A stretch of DNA of 63,658 nucleotides, filler included, from Syncephalis fuscata S228 (taxonomy: Eukaryota > Fungi > Zoopagomycota): NCBI GenBank assembly GCA_025786725.1. It is 4 parts of 4 records of this genome, joined end to end, with 100 filler letters (N's around TTAATTAATTAA, not from the genome) between each part and the next. Parts side by side here need not be neighbours in the genome. Positions count along the whole stretch, not along the records: positions 57,983 to 63,658 come from JAHLTZ010000334.1; 3 more parts are not named here. One strand, written 5' to 3'. This document shows, piece after piece, positions 62,568 through 63,658 of this stretch. Under the pieces are notes generated by a model. That model ran no database searches and was not told the DNA's origin. It worked only from the letters and a program-made list of their open reading frames with translations. The translations under genes and the position numbers were made by a program. How positions within the stretch are numbered: the stretch's first letter is position 1; each line of letters begins with the position of its first letter.

Positions 62568-63658
62568 TCAAGTCGACTTTTCTTGTCGCCATACTAAAAT
62601 ATTGCCTTGATGCTTCGTTGATTGGCTGTTCTGGCTGGAAGATGGCTGGGCAGACTGGTTACGCAGTGACGACATTAATTCGTCCTCTTGTTCCGGATGC
62701 ATATTGCGAATATGATAATGAAGACCGTTGGGACTCATGTAGCGTCGTCCACAGCCTTTCGACGTGCATCGAAATGGTCGTGGTCGCCGAGCAGTAATCT
62801 CGTCTACAAGCGATGCTGGCATTAAATCTAAATGTGCGTGTCGCATATGATATTCTAAGCCATTTGGATTTCGATAAGCTTTTGGACAGCCTGGTACTGC
62901 ACATCGAAAAGGCTTATTTTCCTCAACAGTGGTGACTGCTGCTGCTGCTGTTGCTGTGACGGTGGCGTAATTGTCCGACATAGGAAAGACATTGACATTG
63001 AATGGACCACTATTCAATGCTGTATTTTGGCCCCTTAAATTGTGCTGATCCTTTGCGTCAATCTGCGATGAATTGGCCACAGAGTAAGTGTGGCCTACCG
63101 ATCCCTTAGCTCGTTCTACGTGATACTGAATACCATTAAGATTTTTGTAGCGTTTTAGACATCCAGGCATGGCACAACGGAATGGACGCTCTAATGGCGC
63201 AGCTTGTCCAATGTGGCAGCGTTTAAAGTGATAAAGAAGTGCATGAGGCACTGTAAAGACAGCATTGCAGTCTGGATAGGCACAGCCATATGCTTCTGTC
63301 GTCATAGTTTGTCCTTCACCTTCCCGATAGCTCGCCTCTTCTTCCATTAGCGTTTCAGAGTGTGACGTATTTGTCGTCATATGAATAGCATCTGTAGTAG
63401 ATGCATTATTATTTGGCACAATGTTTCCGGTAGGCGACGGTCTTACTGCCATTTGTCTGGCAAGCTCTGCTCTTATATCCTCATCGGTGTCCTCGTCGTC
63501 ATCCTTACCGTCGCCCCGTTCGTATTCTCTCTGATCATCGTCTCCATCAAACATCGACATCCATTGTCTGTCCTCTATAAATGAATCTTGTACATTATCA
63601 TTATGATGAGCTGTGGCGTCTAATATAGCAGAAGCATTGTTGTTGTTATCACTCGTTA
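62568..63658 (-). CDS. C2H2 zinc-finger protein (Sfp1/JAZF1-like fingers), 5' end outside window
   Basis: Four fingers including RPFRCAMPGCLKRYKNLNGIQYH and KPFRCAVPGCPKAYRNPNGLEYH. Confidence 0.85.
   Translation of the reverse strand, partial: TSDNNNNASAILDATAHHNDNVQDSFIEDRQWMSMFDGDDDQREYERGDGKDDDEDTDEDIRAELARQMAVRPSPTGNIVPNNNASTTDAIHMTTNTSHSETLMEEEASYREGEGQTMTTEAYGCAYPDCNAVFTVPHALLYHFKRCHIGQAAPLERPFRCAMPGCLKRYKNLNGIQYHVERAKGSVGHTYSVANSSQIDAKDQHNLRGQNTALNSGPFNVNVFPMSDNYATVTATAAAAVTTVEENKPFRCAVPGCPKAYRNPNGLEYHMRHAHLDLMPASLVDEITARRPRPFRCTSKGCGRRYMSPNGLHYHIRNMHPEQEDELMSSLRNQSAQPSSSQNSQSTKHQGNILVWRQEKST

Overview
AT-rich, intron-dense eukaryotic DNA from an early-diverging fungus. Expanded 7TM genes and a signal-peptide-bearing kinase suggest a Zoopagomycota/Syncephalis-like mycoparasite, which is inference only. 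Three 100-nt N-gaps with a TTAATTAATTAA linker split the window. Ordinary genes: carboxylesterase, two 7TM paralogs, PQ-loop transporter, PTPS, seipin, F-box, MUB1/samB, RBM26/27, Rab5, GDT1, CAP protein, two expansin-like genes, two kinases, RNase H1, PHD protein, heme-thiolate peroxidase and a C2H2 protein. Main discovery: two apparent ~82-bp minisatellites (17.3-19.3 kb and 38.5-40.8 kb, minus strand) read as secreted-peptide genes built almost entirely from 3-nt microexons, about one exon per codon. Each has a 94-nt signal/propeptide exon ending at RR, then 23 or 27 microexons bounded by ~80-nt homologous introns, then a last exon of 2 nt + TAA. Manual splicing gives stop-free mature peptides AQDPAKCEKCAQIRRQNCAECKDECK and EMESSFGADATPQNASPGISNSNNPSFF. 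An intronless paralog (5960-6160) shares the leader and UTRs but has an unrelated 6-Cys mature peptide. Several decayed Fanzor/TnpB-like transposon relics, two with TIRs and one with an intron, lie near these loci. All splicing and motif calls were made by eye and need transcript confirmation.
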